Below the pieces are notes generated by a model, which saw only the letters and a program-made list of their open reading frames with translations, was not told where the DNA came from and ran no database searches. 39,416 nt of DNA. It comes from Candidatus Woesearchaeota archaeon. GTDB taxonomy: Archaea > Nanobdellota > Nanobdellia > Pacearchaeales > GW2011-AR1. A program made the translations under genes and the position numbers. The stretch covers positions 1 through 39,416 of the forward strand of contig CAZUKQ010000005.1 in assembly GCA_964621025.1 (NCBI GenBank), written 5' to 3'. Shown here piece by piece: positions 18,876-27,921 of the stretch (its first letter is position 1; each line of letters starts with the position of its first letter).

Positions 18876-20729
18876 ATGAAAAAAGTCGTGATAACTTTGT
18901 TTGCATTCGTTTTAGTTGCGTCGATGTTTGCATTTGTTTCTGCAGTTGACAATTCTACAGATAACTCTACAACAAACTCCTCCGTTGAAATAAGTGGAGA
19001 AGGATTTGAAAAATCATTTAATTGTTTGAGTAACGCCTTGAAAAGTGACTGTAGTGGGGCAACAACAATTGAAGAATTGTCCTTAGCTATTTTAGCTTCT
19101 ACAGATGTTTCCGATAAATGTTTAACAAAGTTGCTAGACAAAAAACAATCTAAAAATTGTTGGGGAACATCTAGCTGTACCGTAAAGGAAACTGCTCTTG
19201 CAGTTTTAGCTCTTAATCATGCTGGTCAAAACACAGAATTGGCTGAGGAATGGATTTTATCTAAGAATATGACTTCAAGTGATTTGATTTGGTATTTACA
19301 ACAAGACTCAAAAGAAAAAGCTGAATGTAAATTCACATATAACTCTTCTGGGAAAAACACCGAAGCTAACGTTCAAGTTTATGATAACAAAAAAATAAGT
19401 GGTTCAGCAGGTCCTTGTTTATCTCTTGCTCAGGGAAGTTTCTGGTTACAGGTTGCACCTAGCTGTTATAATAGCGACTTTAGAGTAACTTGCGATAAAG
19501 ATTTTATTGCTACATTATTATATCAACAAAAGAATTCGCAAACATTATACATTTTATCTGACACAGTTTCTGCCCCTAAGTTTGAAACAATCACTCTTTC
19601 TCCTAAATCTTTCTGCTTTGGAGATAGTACTTCGTGTAGCTATTCTGCAACAGTTTGGGCATCTCTTGCCTTATTGAGAACTGGACACGATGTTGAATCT
19701 TTTGTACCTTATATTATTGCGATGGAAGAAACAAACAAACCTCTGTTACCAAAAGCATTTTCATATATAGTTACCGAAGAAAATGAATATGCTTTACAAC
19801 TTATCGAACAAAAGGGTGGATTGAATGACTTCTGGTTAGCTGAATCTAGTGCGAATGATAAATTCTATGACACTGCTTTGGCATATCTTTCTGTTTCAGG
19901 TGTTAGTTCTGAAGTCGACAATAATGTTCGAGGATGGTTGGAGTTAAATCAAAATCAAAATGGATGTTGGGAGGGAAGTGCTAAGAGTTTAGTTAAAGAT
20001 ACTGCAATGGTTCTTTGGGCTTTAGAAGGAAAGAGTTTTTCAGGAAATGCAGAAGTAGTTCCAACAACAAGATGTAGGGAAGCAGGATTCTGGTGTATGA
20101 CTCAAGCTGAATGTGTTCTTGGACAGGATGTTTCTGAAAATTATTTCTGTGAGGGTTTGACTAAAGACACTTGCTGTACAAATAGCAACTTAAAAGACTG
20201 TTCTGAATTAAGTGGTCAGATTTGTAAAACTGGTTTTGTTTGTGACGCTGGAAGTCAAGATTCAAATCAAGGAAGCTGTTGCTTAGGTGAGTGTATTGAA
20301 GAACCGACAGACTCTCAATGTGAACAAGAGGGATACTTCTGTAAATCTAGCTGTTCTGCAACACAAGTTGAAAAAGACTTTTCATGTAATGATGCAGGAG
20401 TTTGTTGTGGCGCTTCTGGTGCTAAAGCAAAGAGTTCTGCTTGGATTTGGATTTTAGTTTTATTAATAATTGCCGTGATCGCAGCTATCTGCTGGATTAA
20501 AAGAGAACAACTCAAACTTTGGTGGTTTAAGATGAAGACTAAATTTAGAAAAGATAAAGGCCGACCTTCTTCTACTTCAAATAGTGGAATGCCTCCTAAG
20601 CCCGGTTTTCCACCAATAAGAAATCCTCAGATGATGAGAAGACCTATGCCTCCAAGATCTCCAGTTAGTGCTCCTGCAAGAGGTCAGTTAGATGATGTTT
20701 TCAAGAAGCTTAACGACATGTCTAAGTAA
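18876..20729 (+). CDS. Membrane-anchored surface protein: prenyltransferase/squalene-cyclase-like helical repeats, Cys-rich repeats, TM helix, Pro-rich tail
   Basis: Signal peptide; CWG..KETALAVLAL, QNQNGCW..KDTAMVLWAL; CC repeats; WIWILVLLII TM; PPKPGFPP tail. Confidence 0.75.
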   Translation: MKKVVITLFAFVLVASMFAFVSAVDNSTDNSTTNSSVEISGEGFEKSFNCLSNALKSDCSGATTIEELSLAILASTDVSDKCLTKLLDKKQSKNCWGTSSCTVKETALAVLALNHAGQNTELAEEWILSKNMTSSDLIWYLQQDSKEKAECKFTYNSSGKNTEANVQVYDNKKISGSAGPCLSLAQGSFWLQVAPSCYNSDFRVTCDKDFIATLLYQQKNSQTLYILSDTVSAPKFETITLSPKSFCFGDSTSCSYSATVWASLALLRTGHDVESFVPYIIAMEETNKPLLPKAFSYIVTEENEYALQLIEQKGGLNDFWLAESSANDKFYDTALAYLSVSGVSSEVDNNVRGWLELNQNQNGCWEGSAKSLVKDTAMVLWALEGKSFSGNAEVVPTTRCREAGFWCMTQAECVLGQDVSENYFCEGLTKDTCCTNSNLKDCSELSGQICKTGFVCDAGSQDSNQGSCCLGECIEEPTDSQCEQEGYFCKSSCSATQVEKDFSCNDAGVCCGASGAKAKSSAWIWILVLLIIAVIAAICWIKREQLKLWWFKMKTKFRKDKGRPSSTSNSGMPPKPGFPPIRNPQMMRRPMPPRSPVSAPARGQLDDVFKKLNDMSK

Positions 20730-20760
20730 GGTTTATTAAATGTTTATGCGACCTATTTAT

Positions 20761-21951
20761 ATGAAAGGTGTGATAATTTTGTTCTGTTTGTTTTACATTA
20801 GTTCTGTCTCTGCTCTGCCTAGCTTGAGTATTTATGGAAATGAATTTCAACCCGGAGAAACACTTGTTGGAAATATTACTGATGTTAATCAAACCCTCAC
20901 TGCTTCTGACTTAAAGTTCTTTGATGGAAGAAGAGAGGTTTCATTCGAAAAAGACCTGGTGAACTCTGAAGGAAATTATTATTTCTATGTAGTTTTTAAT
21001 AGAGAAGGGAATTTTTCGATGAAAGTTGAAAATGTTTTTTATCGTGAAGATGGTGCTCTAAAGTCCCTTAGTCTTGAAAAAAACTTCGAAGTAAAAAAGA
21101 AAGAAAATTTCTCTCAAATTCTTTACATAAAACCGGGGGTAATTTTTACGACACAGGACTTCGATTTAAGTTTAACAAATAAAGGTAATGAAATGATAAA
21201 TTATAGTTACGGAAAAAAGAATAAAAGTTCTTTGAACGTCGGTGAAACTGAAAAAATAAACATAATTCCTTCTGAAAAATTTTCATTATTTGAAATAAAA
21301 GCTTACAAAACTTTTGTTGTTCCAATAGTTTACTTAAAAATAAATATTGAGAATAATACAAATAATTCTGTTGAAGAAAAAATTATTTCTTTAAGATCTT
21401 CTCCAAAAAAAGTTGAACTACAAAAACAAGTTGGCGAGACAATTGATTACACTTTTGAATTGCTAAATTTTGGAATAGAAAATCTAACAGATATTTCTAT
21501 TATGACTAGTTTAGATTTCTTAAAAACAAATAGAATATCTTTGATTCTTGCTAAAACAGCTGCAAACTTAACAATCGTGGGCGTTGCAAACAAGGCAGGT
21601 TTATTTGGAGATAATATTACTGTTTCTTATTCTGAAAATGGAACAAAGGAAGAATTGAAAATTCCTCTAACAATTTACGTCTTTCCAGTAAATGCTAGTC
21701 CTGAAGAAATAAAACAAAGTCTAAGTTGTTTTGACGTCGGTGGTAAACTTTGTGAAGCGAGTGAAGTTTGTGTCGGTCCTATGTCTGATCAAATGGGTGG
21801 TTGCTGTAAAAGTTGCCAAAAAACAAAAAGTGAAAATTCAAATGGTGTTATTGTGGGAATATTGATTATTGTTTTCTTAAGTATTGTAGGTTTTGCTGTT
21901 TATAAAAAATTTAAAAATGTAAAACCAAAAAATAAACTCATTTCTTCTTAG
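20761..21951 (+). CDS. Exported beta-rich protein with Cys-rich motif and C-terminal TM anchor
   Basis: Start re-called to MKGVII (TTATTAAA 20 nt upstream); signal peptide; C..GGKLC..C..CC; TM followed by a Lys-rich tail. Confidence 0.75.
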   Translation: MKGVIILFCLFYISSVSALPSLSIYGNEFQPGETLVGNITDVNQTLTASDLKFFDGRREVSFEKDLVNSEGNYYFYVVFNREGNFSMKVENVFYREDGALKSLSLEKNFEVKKKENFSQILYIKPGVIFTTQDFDLSLTNKGNEMINYSYGKKNKSSLNVGETEKINIIPSEKFSLFEIKAYKTFVVPIVYLKINIENNTNNSVEEKIISLRSSPKKVELQKQVGETIDYTFELLNFGIENLTDISIMTSLDFLKTNRISLILAKTAANLTIVGVANKAGLFGDNITVSYSENGTKEELKIPLTIYVFPVNASPEEIKQSLSCFDVGGKLCEASEVCVGPMSDQMGGCCKSCQKTKSENSNGVIVGILIIVFLSIVGFAVYKKFKNVKPKNKLISS

Positions 21952-22456
21952 ATTTTTTAGAAGATTTTGCTTTCTTTTCTTTTTTAGGTTTCTCTGATTT
22001 TACCTTCTGTTCTTTCTCTACTCTATGTTGAGCTATTGCCTGTTGAATCTTTTGAAGATGTTGCATTAGTTGTTGGTTTTTCATTTGAGCAATTTTTGCT
22101 ATCTCATCATACTTATGTAATCTTCCAGATAAATCACTTAAAAAGTTAGTCGCTTCTTGTGAATTAAATTTCAGATTATCTGGTTCGAGAACTTCAATAG
22201 AAGCAGGTAAGAAATCAAACATAAGTTCAGTTAATTTTAGAAAACTTTCGACTTCTACTTCTACTTCAACAAACGAAGAGTATATATCTTTTTCTTTGTC
22301 TACAAGTTTAGCATCTGAAAATGTCTCAGAAATGTAGTTAACTCCCTTCATGGACTTCATAACGCCCACGTGAGCTTTCAGAGCCTCTTTTATATGTTCT
22401 GGAGGTCTACCTGCGATTTCCACAATCATTATTGCTCTAACTTTTTGTTCTGTCAT
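21938..22456 (-). CDS. Conserved hypothetical cytoplasmic protein
   Basis: Start re-called to MTEQK (ATGA overlap); EIAGRP, SSFVEVE, PASIEVLEP; Lys-rich tail. Confidence 0.75.
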   Translation of the reverse strand: MTEQKVRAIMIVEIAGRPPEHIKEALKAHVGVMKSMKGVNYISETFSDAKLVDKEKDIYSSFVEVEVEVESFLKLTELMFDFLPASIEVLEPDNLKFNSQEATNFLSDLSGRLHKYDEIAKIAQMKNQQLMQHLQKIQQAIAQHRVEKEQKVKSEKPKKEKKAKSSKKSKKK

Positions 22457-22961
22457 TTTCGTATTAGGAGAAAAATAATTCCGAGGAGAAAAACGCAAAA
22501 ACCTGTTAAAAGGTATTTGTTGACTTTTTCCCCTTTTGACTCGGAAACTATTGTCTCTTCTTGTTGAGCGTTATTTAGATTTATAATGCTTTCGCTGGGT
22601 TCGGGCTAGGAAATTTGAATGACTGCTGCTGTTGTCTTAGTTATTTTTGAGCTAATTTCTTCGTCCTTTCCCGAGTTTTTTCCCCCTTATAGTAGTTTCT
22701 TCTCCATTTTCAACACAAGCTAAACCTTGAGATTTTATCTTTTCTAAAGTAGCTGGCCCTGTGCCTTTTACTTCTATTAGTTTATCTACGCTAGAAAAAA
22801 GTCTTGAGTCTGTTATTGCTTGTGCATATTTTGGACCGATTCGTTATCTTATCTAATTCAGTTAGAGAAGCAGTGTTAATGTCTATTTTATAGGATGAAC
22901 AACTTGCAGAAATAAAAGATAATAGCAAGATTAAGAGCAGAATTGATTGAAAGATTTTCAT
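22453..22961 (-). pseudogene. comEA: Disrupted ComEA-like HhH DNA-binding membrane protein
   Basis: Signal peptide, IDINTASLTELDKI / frameshift ~22843 / IGPKYAQAI..VKGTGPATLEKIKSQG / frameshift ~22680 / in-frame TAG 22606-22608 / C-terminal TM FCVFLLGIIFLLIRK*. Confidence 0.85.
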
Positions 22962-22962
22962 T

Positions 22963-23376
22963 TTACGAATACAACAATATTCCGACTGCAATGGATGTGT
23001 TCACTAAGAACCACAAGATATACAAAACAATAATCGGTTTTTGTTTATGAATAAAACCGTAGACAAGCCATGGAAGGTTAAATAAGGCCCAAGAAGCCCA
23101 GGAGATAAAAGATAATCCTTGTACATTATGTAACCAGTACACTTCATAAACTTGAGGTATAGCCATTAACGGACTAACTACTGCCAAAACCATTAGAATT
23201 TTATCAAGAAAACTTATCCAAAACTTTTCTGAAGGATAACCTTCCACACTTTTAAAAACTGCTGCCTTAACTTTATTTAGAGTCTCTTTTCCTATGCCTT
23301 TTATACCTTCTAGTAAGTTAATACTCTGCGTTAACCTCTTTCTTTTGCTTATGTGATATACTCCTGCGCTTTGCAT
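22963..23376 (-). CDS. SemiSWEET/PQ-loop transporter with N-terminal HhH-like motif
   Basis: PLMAIPQ, GLSFISW, WLVYG, three TMs; IKGIGKETLNKVK. Start re-called to MQSAG. Confidence 0.82.
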   Translation of the reverse strand: MQSAGVYHISKRKRLTQSINLLEGIKGIGKETLNKVKAAVFKSVEGYPSEKFWISFLDKILMVLAVVSPLMAIPQVYEVYWLHNVQGLSFISWASWALFNLPWLVYGFIHKQKPIIVLYILWFLVNTSIAVGILLYS

Positions 23377-23377
23377 G

Positions 23378-23905
23378 TTAAAAGTTTTTGTACCTCTCTT
23401 TGAAATTTTGATACTTGATAACAATATTCCGCCCATTTAAATCCTTTTCTGCAATCCAAATTTCATTGAATATGCCTTTTTCTAACAAGAACTTGCATTT
23501 TTCTTTTTCTTCTTTAGATAAAATTCCATTTAATTTCACTTCAACGCCAATAACATCAAAATATTTTTCGTCTAATCTTTTTATGACGACGAAGTCAGGG
23601 AACCCAGTTCCGATTGTCATGACTTTGCTGAAAGGGTTAAATTTTCTTTTTGCTTGACAAACTTTCAGGGTTTCTAAATCAAAATTATTGGACCATTTGT
23701 CGACAGTCCAGCCTTTTTCTTCTAAATCTTTTCTTACTCTTAGTTCGAATTGTGCACCAGCTTGACGAGATTTTTTTCCTTGTGCAATTTTTGTTTTTTC
23801 TTTTGAAATGGGAACTCCTTTTTCATCCCAAGAAGTTTCATAATCTTCGCTAGAAGCTTTTTCTAATTTTTCTAAAATCTCCTCTTTTCTTTCTGATGTT
23901 GTCAT
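23378..23905 (-). CDS. PD-(D/E)XK endonuclease, Hjc (Holliday junction resolvase)-like
   Basis: GAQFELRVRKDLEEKGW, GFPDF, GVEVK. Confidence 0.75.
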   Translation of the reverse strand: MTTSERKEEILEKLEKASSEDYETSWDEKGVPISKEKTKIAQGKKSRQAGAQFELRVRKDLEEKGWTVDKWSNNFDLETLKVCQAKRKFNPFSKVMTIGTGFPDFVVIKRLDEKYFDVIGVEVKLNGILSKEEKEKCKFLLEKGIFNEIWIAEKDLNGRNIVIKYQNFKERYKNF

Positions 23906-24066
23906 TATAAATCTCGTGCTAGTAATGTTCTTCTGTTGTTTTGTTTTGCTCGAGTTTCAGCTTTTTTAATCATTTGTTGAACTTCTTTTTCTAATTCTGT
24001 GCAAAATTCTTCAGAAACAGAAAATTCCGTCGCTGTTTTAATGTTTGTTTTTACTGTTAGTGCCAT
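23905..24066 (-). CDS. Short histone-fold protein (53 aa, alpha3-truncated/face-to-face type)
   Basis: Manual translation MALTVKTNIKTATEFSVSEEFCTELEKEVQQMIKKAETRAKQNNRRTLLARDL*; RAxxNxRxTxxxRDL signature; not in ORF track. Confidence 0.88.
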   Translation of the reverse strand: MALTVKTNIKTATEFSVSEEFCTELEKEVQQMIKKAETRAKQNNRRTLLARDL

Positions 24067-25585
24067 CTTTCTTTTTCTCTTTTGATTTTTCTGTTGGTTT
24101 CTCCAAAGGTTTCATTAAGGGAAAGGCAACACATTCTCTTATTGGTCTATTCATTAGGACTGCAAATAGTCTTTCAGAGAAACCAAAACCGCATGCAGGC
24201 GGCATTCCATATTTTAGTGCTTCCACAAATCCTTCATCATGATCCATACTTTCTTCGTCGCCAGCATCTTTATTCTTTCTTTGTTCTTGTAACCTAGCTT
24301 CTTGATCTGAAGGGTCGTTTAATTCAGAATAACCGTTACCCATTTCAGAACCTGCTAAAATAACTTGAAATTGCTCCACTTTTCTAGGATCTTTTTCGCT
24401 TCTCTTTGCTAGTGGTGTTAATTCTACTGGTTGTCCTACTAAAAATCCTGGACCTGAAAGTTGCTTTCTGCAATATTTCCATAATAAATCTACTAATCTC
24501 CATTTGTCTACTTTTTTATCATACTCAATTTTTTCTTTGTCAAGAAATTTCATAATTTCTTTTTTGTCTGATTTGTAAATGTTTATTTTTGTTTTTTGTT
24601 CTATCAAATTTTCATAATCATATTTTTCCCACTTCTTTCCTAAGTCTATTTCATATTCCCCATACTTAAACTTAAATGTTCCTAAAACTACTGTCGCTAT
24701 TTTCTTGTATAGGTCTTCTACAAGTTTCATTCCATCATTGAAATCTGCATAGGCCCAATAGAATTCCATTTGCGAATAGTCTTGTAAATGTTCTGCGTCC
24801 ATTCCTTCGTTCCTAAATTGTCTTCCTATCTCAAAAGTTTTTTCATAACCTGCAACTAAAAGTTTTTTTTGCCATAATTCTCCCATGGAAATTCTCAAGA
24901 AAACATCTAAGTCTAGAGCATTGTGGTGCGTTGAGAATGGTGTTGCTGCAGCTCCTCCTGCAGAATTTTCTAAGATAGGAGTTTCTACTTCTAAAAATCC
25001 TTTTTCAAGTAAAAAATTTCTAGTAGTACTCCAGAATTTTTGTTTTTTAATAAAAATATCTTTCACTTCAGAGTTCATAATTATATCTAAGTACCTTTTT
25101 CTTAATTTTTCTTCATCATCTTTTAATCCGTGAAATTTCTCTGGAAGAGGTAGAACTGATTTTGTTAGAAGAGTTATTTTGTCTACGAGAATTGACATTT
25201 CACCCGTTCTTGTTCTCAAAGGATGGCCTACAATTCCTACAATGTCTCCGGAATCAATTTTCTTGAAGACTGCTATAGATTCATCACTTGTTTTTCCATC
25301 TTGAAAAACTAATTGAATAAAACCTTTAACATCCTGTAATTTTGCGAATGAAAGTTTACCGAAACTTCTTAAAGACATAATTCTTCCAGCCACAATCACT
25401 TTATCTTTAGACTCTTCTTCATTTTTTAGCTTTTCATATTTTGCTAGAACATCTGTAGAATGAACTCTTTGTTCGTGCAAGTCAAATCTATGCGGATAAG
25501 GATTTATTCCATCTTTTTTTAACTCAGTTAATTTCTTCTTTCTCTCTTCAATTATCTGGCCCTCACGTCCTTTGATTTCTTCCAT
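24038..25585 (-). CDS. lysS: Lysine--tRNA ligase, class II
   Basis: YPH, OB fold, LEVETP, GGAAATPF, FRNEG, NGYSELNDP, YGMPP. Confidence 0.97.
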   Translation of the reverse strand: MEEIKGREGQIIEERKKKLTELKKDGINPYPHRFDLHEQRVHSTDVLAKYEKLKNEEESKDKVIVAGRIMSLRSFGKLSFAKLQDVKGFIQLVFQDGKTSDESIAVFKKIDSGDIVGIVGHPLRTRTGEMSILVDKITLLTKSVLPLPEKFHGLKDDEEKLRKRYLDIIMNSEVKDIFIKKQKFWSTTRNFLLEKGFLEVETPILENSAGGAAATPFSTHHNALDLDVFLRISMGELWQKKLLVAGYEKTFEIGRQFRNEGMDAEHLQDYSQMEFYWAYADFNDGMKLVEDLYKKIATVVLGTFKFKYGEYEIDLGKKWEKYDYENLIEQKTKINIYKSDKKEIMKFLDKEKIEYDKKVDKWRLVDLLWKYCRKQLSGPGFLVGQPVELTPLAKRSEKDPRKVEQFQVILAGSEMGNGYSELNDPSDQEARLQEQRKNKDAGDEESMDHDEGFVEALKYGMPPACGFGFSERLFAVLMNRPIRECVAFPLMKPLEKPTEKSKEKKKDGTNSKNKH

Positions 25586-25619
25586 AGAAAAGATTAGTTG
25601 TTAGGGTTTATAAGAGTTT

Positions 25620-25898
25620 TTAGAATCGTAAAACTTTGAATTCTTTCAGATCGCCAGTCCATTTTCTTTCTTCTGCTGTGACACTTCTGATTTGAGAATA
25701 TTTTGGACCTTGTTTTATTTCCTCTAAAATTTTTGCAATGTTTTCCTTTTCGCCTTCAGCGATTATTTCTACATCACCATTGTCTAGATTTCTTGCTATA
25801 CCCTTAATGCTTAAAGCGTCTGCTTTTTCCTTGACGAAGTTTCTAAAGAAAATACTTTGTACTGTTCCTTTGACAATGATTTTTGCTGCTCCTCTCAT
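25620..25898 (-). CDS. acyP: Acylphosphatase
   Basis: GTVQSIFFR, GIARNLDNGDVE, QGP. Confidence 0.9.
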   Translation of the reverse strand: MRGAAKIIVKGTVQSIFFRNFVKEKADALSIKGIARNLDNGDVEIIAEGEKENIAKILEEIKQGPKYSQIRSVTAEERKWTGDLKEFKVLRF

Positions 25899-25938
25899 GG
25901 TTATAATAACTGTTGATGCTTTTTATATCTGGTGGTTA

Positions 25939-26301
25939 CTACTCTATTCTCGACTGACTTGGATAGTCTTCTACATTTACTCCGAAAGATTCCTTAAATA
26001 TTTCTGAAGCAATTCGATAGTTTTGATTCGTTTGTGGGAAAATATAGTTACATGTTACCTCTTTGTTACGAGCAAAAAATCTTATTTGTTCATCGCCCAA
26101 CAATTTTTGACCAAAAGCTACTCTCGGATTAATTAGTTCTCCTACTTCTTGGAAAAACTTTTCTAGGCTAAAATCATTAATTCTTGACCGAGGCGAACCT
26201 GCTGAAAAATCAAAAAAATTTCCCCAAGTTTGTTCTAAACCTCTTGCAAACTGTTCTACTTTTTCTTTTGGCTCATTATCTAAAAATAACCATCTTTCCA
26301 T
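25939..26301 (-). CDS. Hypothetical protein
   Basis: ORF with upstream TTATATA; no recognised motif. Confidence 0.6.
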   Translation of the reverse strand: MERWLFLDNEPKEKVEQFARGLEQTWGNFFDFSAGSPRSRINDFSLEKFFQEVGELINPRVAFGQKLLGDEQIRFFARNKEVTCNYIFPQTNQNYRIASEIFKESFGVNVEDYPSQSRIE

Positions 26302-26344
26302 TTTAATTTAAACGAAACTTAGTATATAAGAATTATTGTGGTGA

Positions 26345-26935
26345 CTAAACTACCCTATATGTGGACGAAATTTGTTCAGTTTGCCAGTTAGTCTTTATTG
26401 AACCCGGTAAAGCGAAAATAAGAGCCCTATCTAAATATCTTAAAGAATTATCAAACAGTTCTTTAAACTCTAGTGGAACTTTTCTTTCTAATCCAATTAC
26501 TGAAAAAGAAGGATTATCATTGAGTGTTCTTTCTTTTGCTCTTTGCCCATCTTCTAAAATAAGTTTTCTATAACCTGTTTCATCCACCTTACTGGAAAAA
26601 TCTAAATGGGCATATCGTCCTTTATCTTCATAACCTTCAATCATACTCTCTCCGGGATAAGTTGCAAGCACATTAATTAAACCGTTGTAGTCTCCGTGAT
26701 ATTGTACTCTCACCATTTTATGAAGTCCAATTGGAGGAACAATGGTGTTCCCGAATAACTCTGTCACAAAAATATGCGGATAATTCTCAAATGGCTCTGC
26801 CAACCTATAATGAAACATCGGTAAAAATTTTTCAAAGTGACCTACTTCTTCAAGACGTTTTACTCCATCTTCATGAAACCTCATACATACTCTTTCAAAA
26901 ATTTCTTTTCTTTGTTCTTTAGTTAAAAGGACCAT
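26345..26935 (-). CDS. Hypothetical protein
   Basis: Start re-called to MVLLTKEQ (TTATAA ~22 nt upstream); no recognised motif. Confidence 0.62.
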   Translation of the reverse strand: MVLLTKEQRKEIFERVCMRFHEDGVKRLEEVGHFEKFLPMFHYRLAEPFENYPHIFVTELFGNTIVPPIGLHKMVRVQYHGDYNGLINVLATYPGESMIEGYEDKGRYAHLDFSSKVDETGYRKLILEDGQRAKERTLNDNPSFSVIGLERKVPLEFKELFDNSLRYLDRALIFALPGSIKTNWQTEQISSTYRVV

Positions 26936-26975
26936 GAAATACGAAGTGATTAGAAACTTATAAGGATTGTTGTGA

Positions 26976-27275
26976 TTAATTTTTCTCACGTGTGTCATAA
27001 GAAATTACAATTTCTGTAGGTTTTTCGTCGTATGCAACACCTGAATCAAAACTAACTTTATATCCTACTTTTTCAAAGAGGGTTTTTAACTTTAGTCTCT
27101 CTGGATTTGTTAAGTTATCCACTCTTTGTGAGTTATAAGCAAATTGCCAGTTTTCTCCTTCATTGTATGATTCAACAAGTCCTTGATTTATTATAGACAC
27201 TAATCCCTTAATCCTATCTAAATTTGCTTTATCGAAAGATTTTTTTCTTAGATTTTCCGGTCTTATTGGTCTCAT
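26976..27275 (-). CDS. Hypothetical protein
   Basis: 99-aa ORF starting MRPIRPE; no recognised motif. Confidence 0.6.
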   Translation of the reverse strand: MRPIRPENLRKKSFDKANLDRIKGLVSIINQGLVESYNEGENWQFAYNSQRVDNLTNPERLKLKTLFEKVGYKVSFDSGVAYDEKPTEIVISYDTREKN

Positions 27276-27309
27276 AGAGATTTATATTCTTTAAAGCTTT
27301 TAAGGATTA

Positions 27310-27891
27310 TTATCCTTGTCTATCTATCTCATTATGGACAATTGTTACGACTTGAGATGCAAATAAGATTTTCGGTGAAACGGAAACCTTATCAATTCTT
27401 TTTAAAAGTCTTCTTTTGTCGTCGGGAAAACCATCTTGGTCTCCAAGAACAAACACCTCATTTCCTTTTAATTTTAACTTTCTTATGTCTTCTCCTTTTT
27501 TATCTAGAACGAAAACATTCTTTCCTGACTCGTCTAATTCTTTTATTAAAGCTTCAAAAGATTTTTTTTCTACGAAACAACCAGGCATAGGGTTTACAAT
27601 TTGTCCTTTTTCCTTTGGACATTTGTGTAAAATTCTTTTTATTAAACCTGCAACGTCTTTTTTAGAAATTGGCAACTTTTCATCATACTCAATTAAAATG
27701 TGAACTGGGGGGTTTGGTGGTCCGTCAAAGATTAAATGAAGTTTAACGTCTTTTCTTATATCATGTGAAAGAAAGAATACTGAAATTAAAACGTTTATCG
27801 CGATGTCCATTCTTCCAGCTTCCATTAGGTTATCTTTGATGAAACTTCCGGAAGTTACTGCGTTCTTTGAATAATATAGGAATTCAGCCAT
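27310..27891 (-). CDS. trmY: tRNA (pseudouridine54-N1)-methyltransferase (SPOUT)
   Basis: AGRMDI, FFLSHDIR, FVLGDQDG, SVSP..LFASQ..IVHNEID. Confidence 0.9.
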   Translation of the reverse strand: MAEFLYYSKNAVTSGSFIKDNLMEAGRMDIAINVLISVFFLSHDIRKDVKLHLIFDGPPNPPVHILIEYDEKLPISKKDVAGLIKRILHKCPKEKGQIVNPMPGCFVEKKSFEALIKELDESGKNVFVLDKKGEDIRKLKLKGNEVFVLGDQDGFPDDKRRLLKRIDKVSVSPKILFASQVVTIVHNEIDRQG

Positions 27892-27921
27892 GTAAAATTG
27901 AATAAAAGAATGTTTAAAGAA

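Noticed and set aside
22606..22608. TAG recoding or alternative genetic code
   Set aside because: It co-occurs with two frameshifts, and other genes (e.g. dus, cas4, fibrillarin) end normally at TAG.
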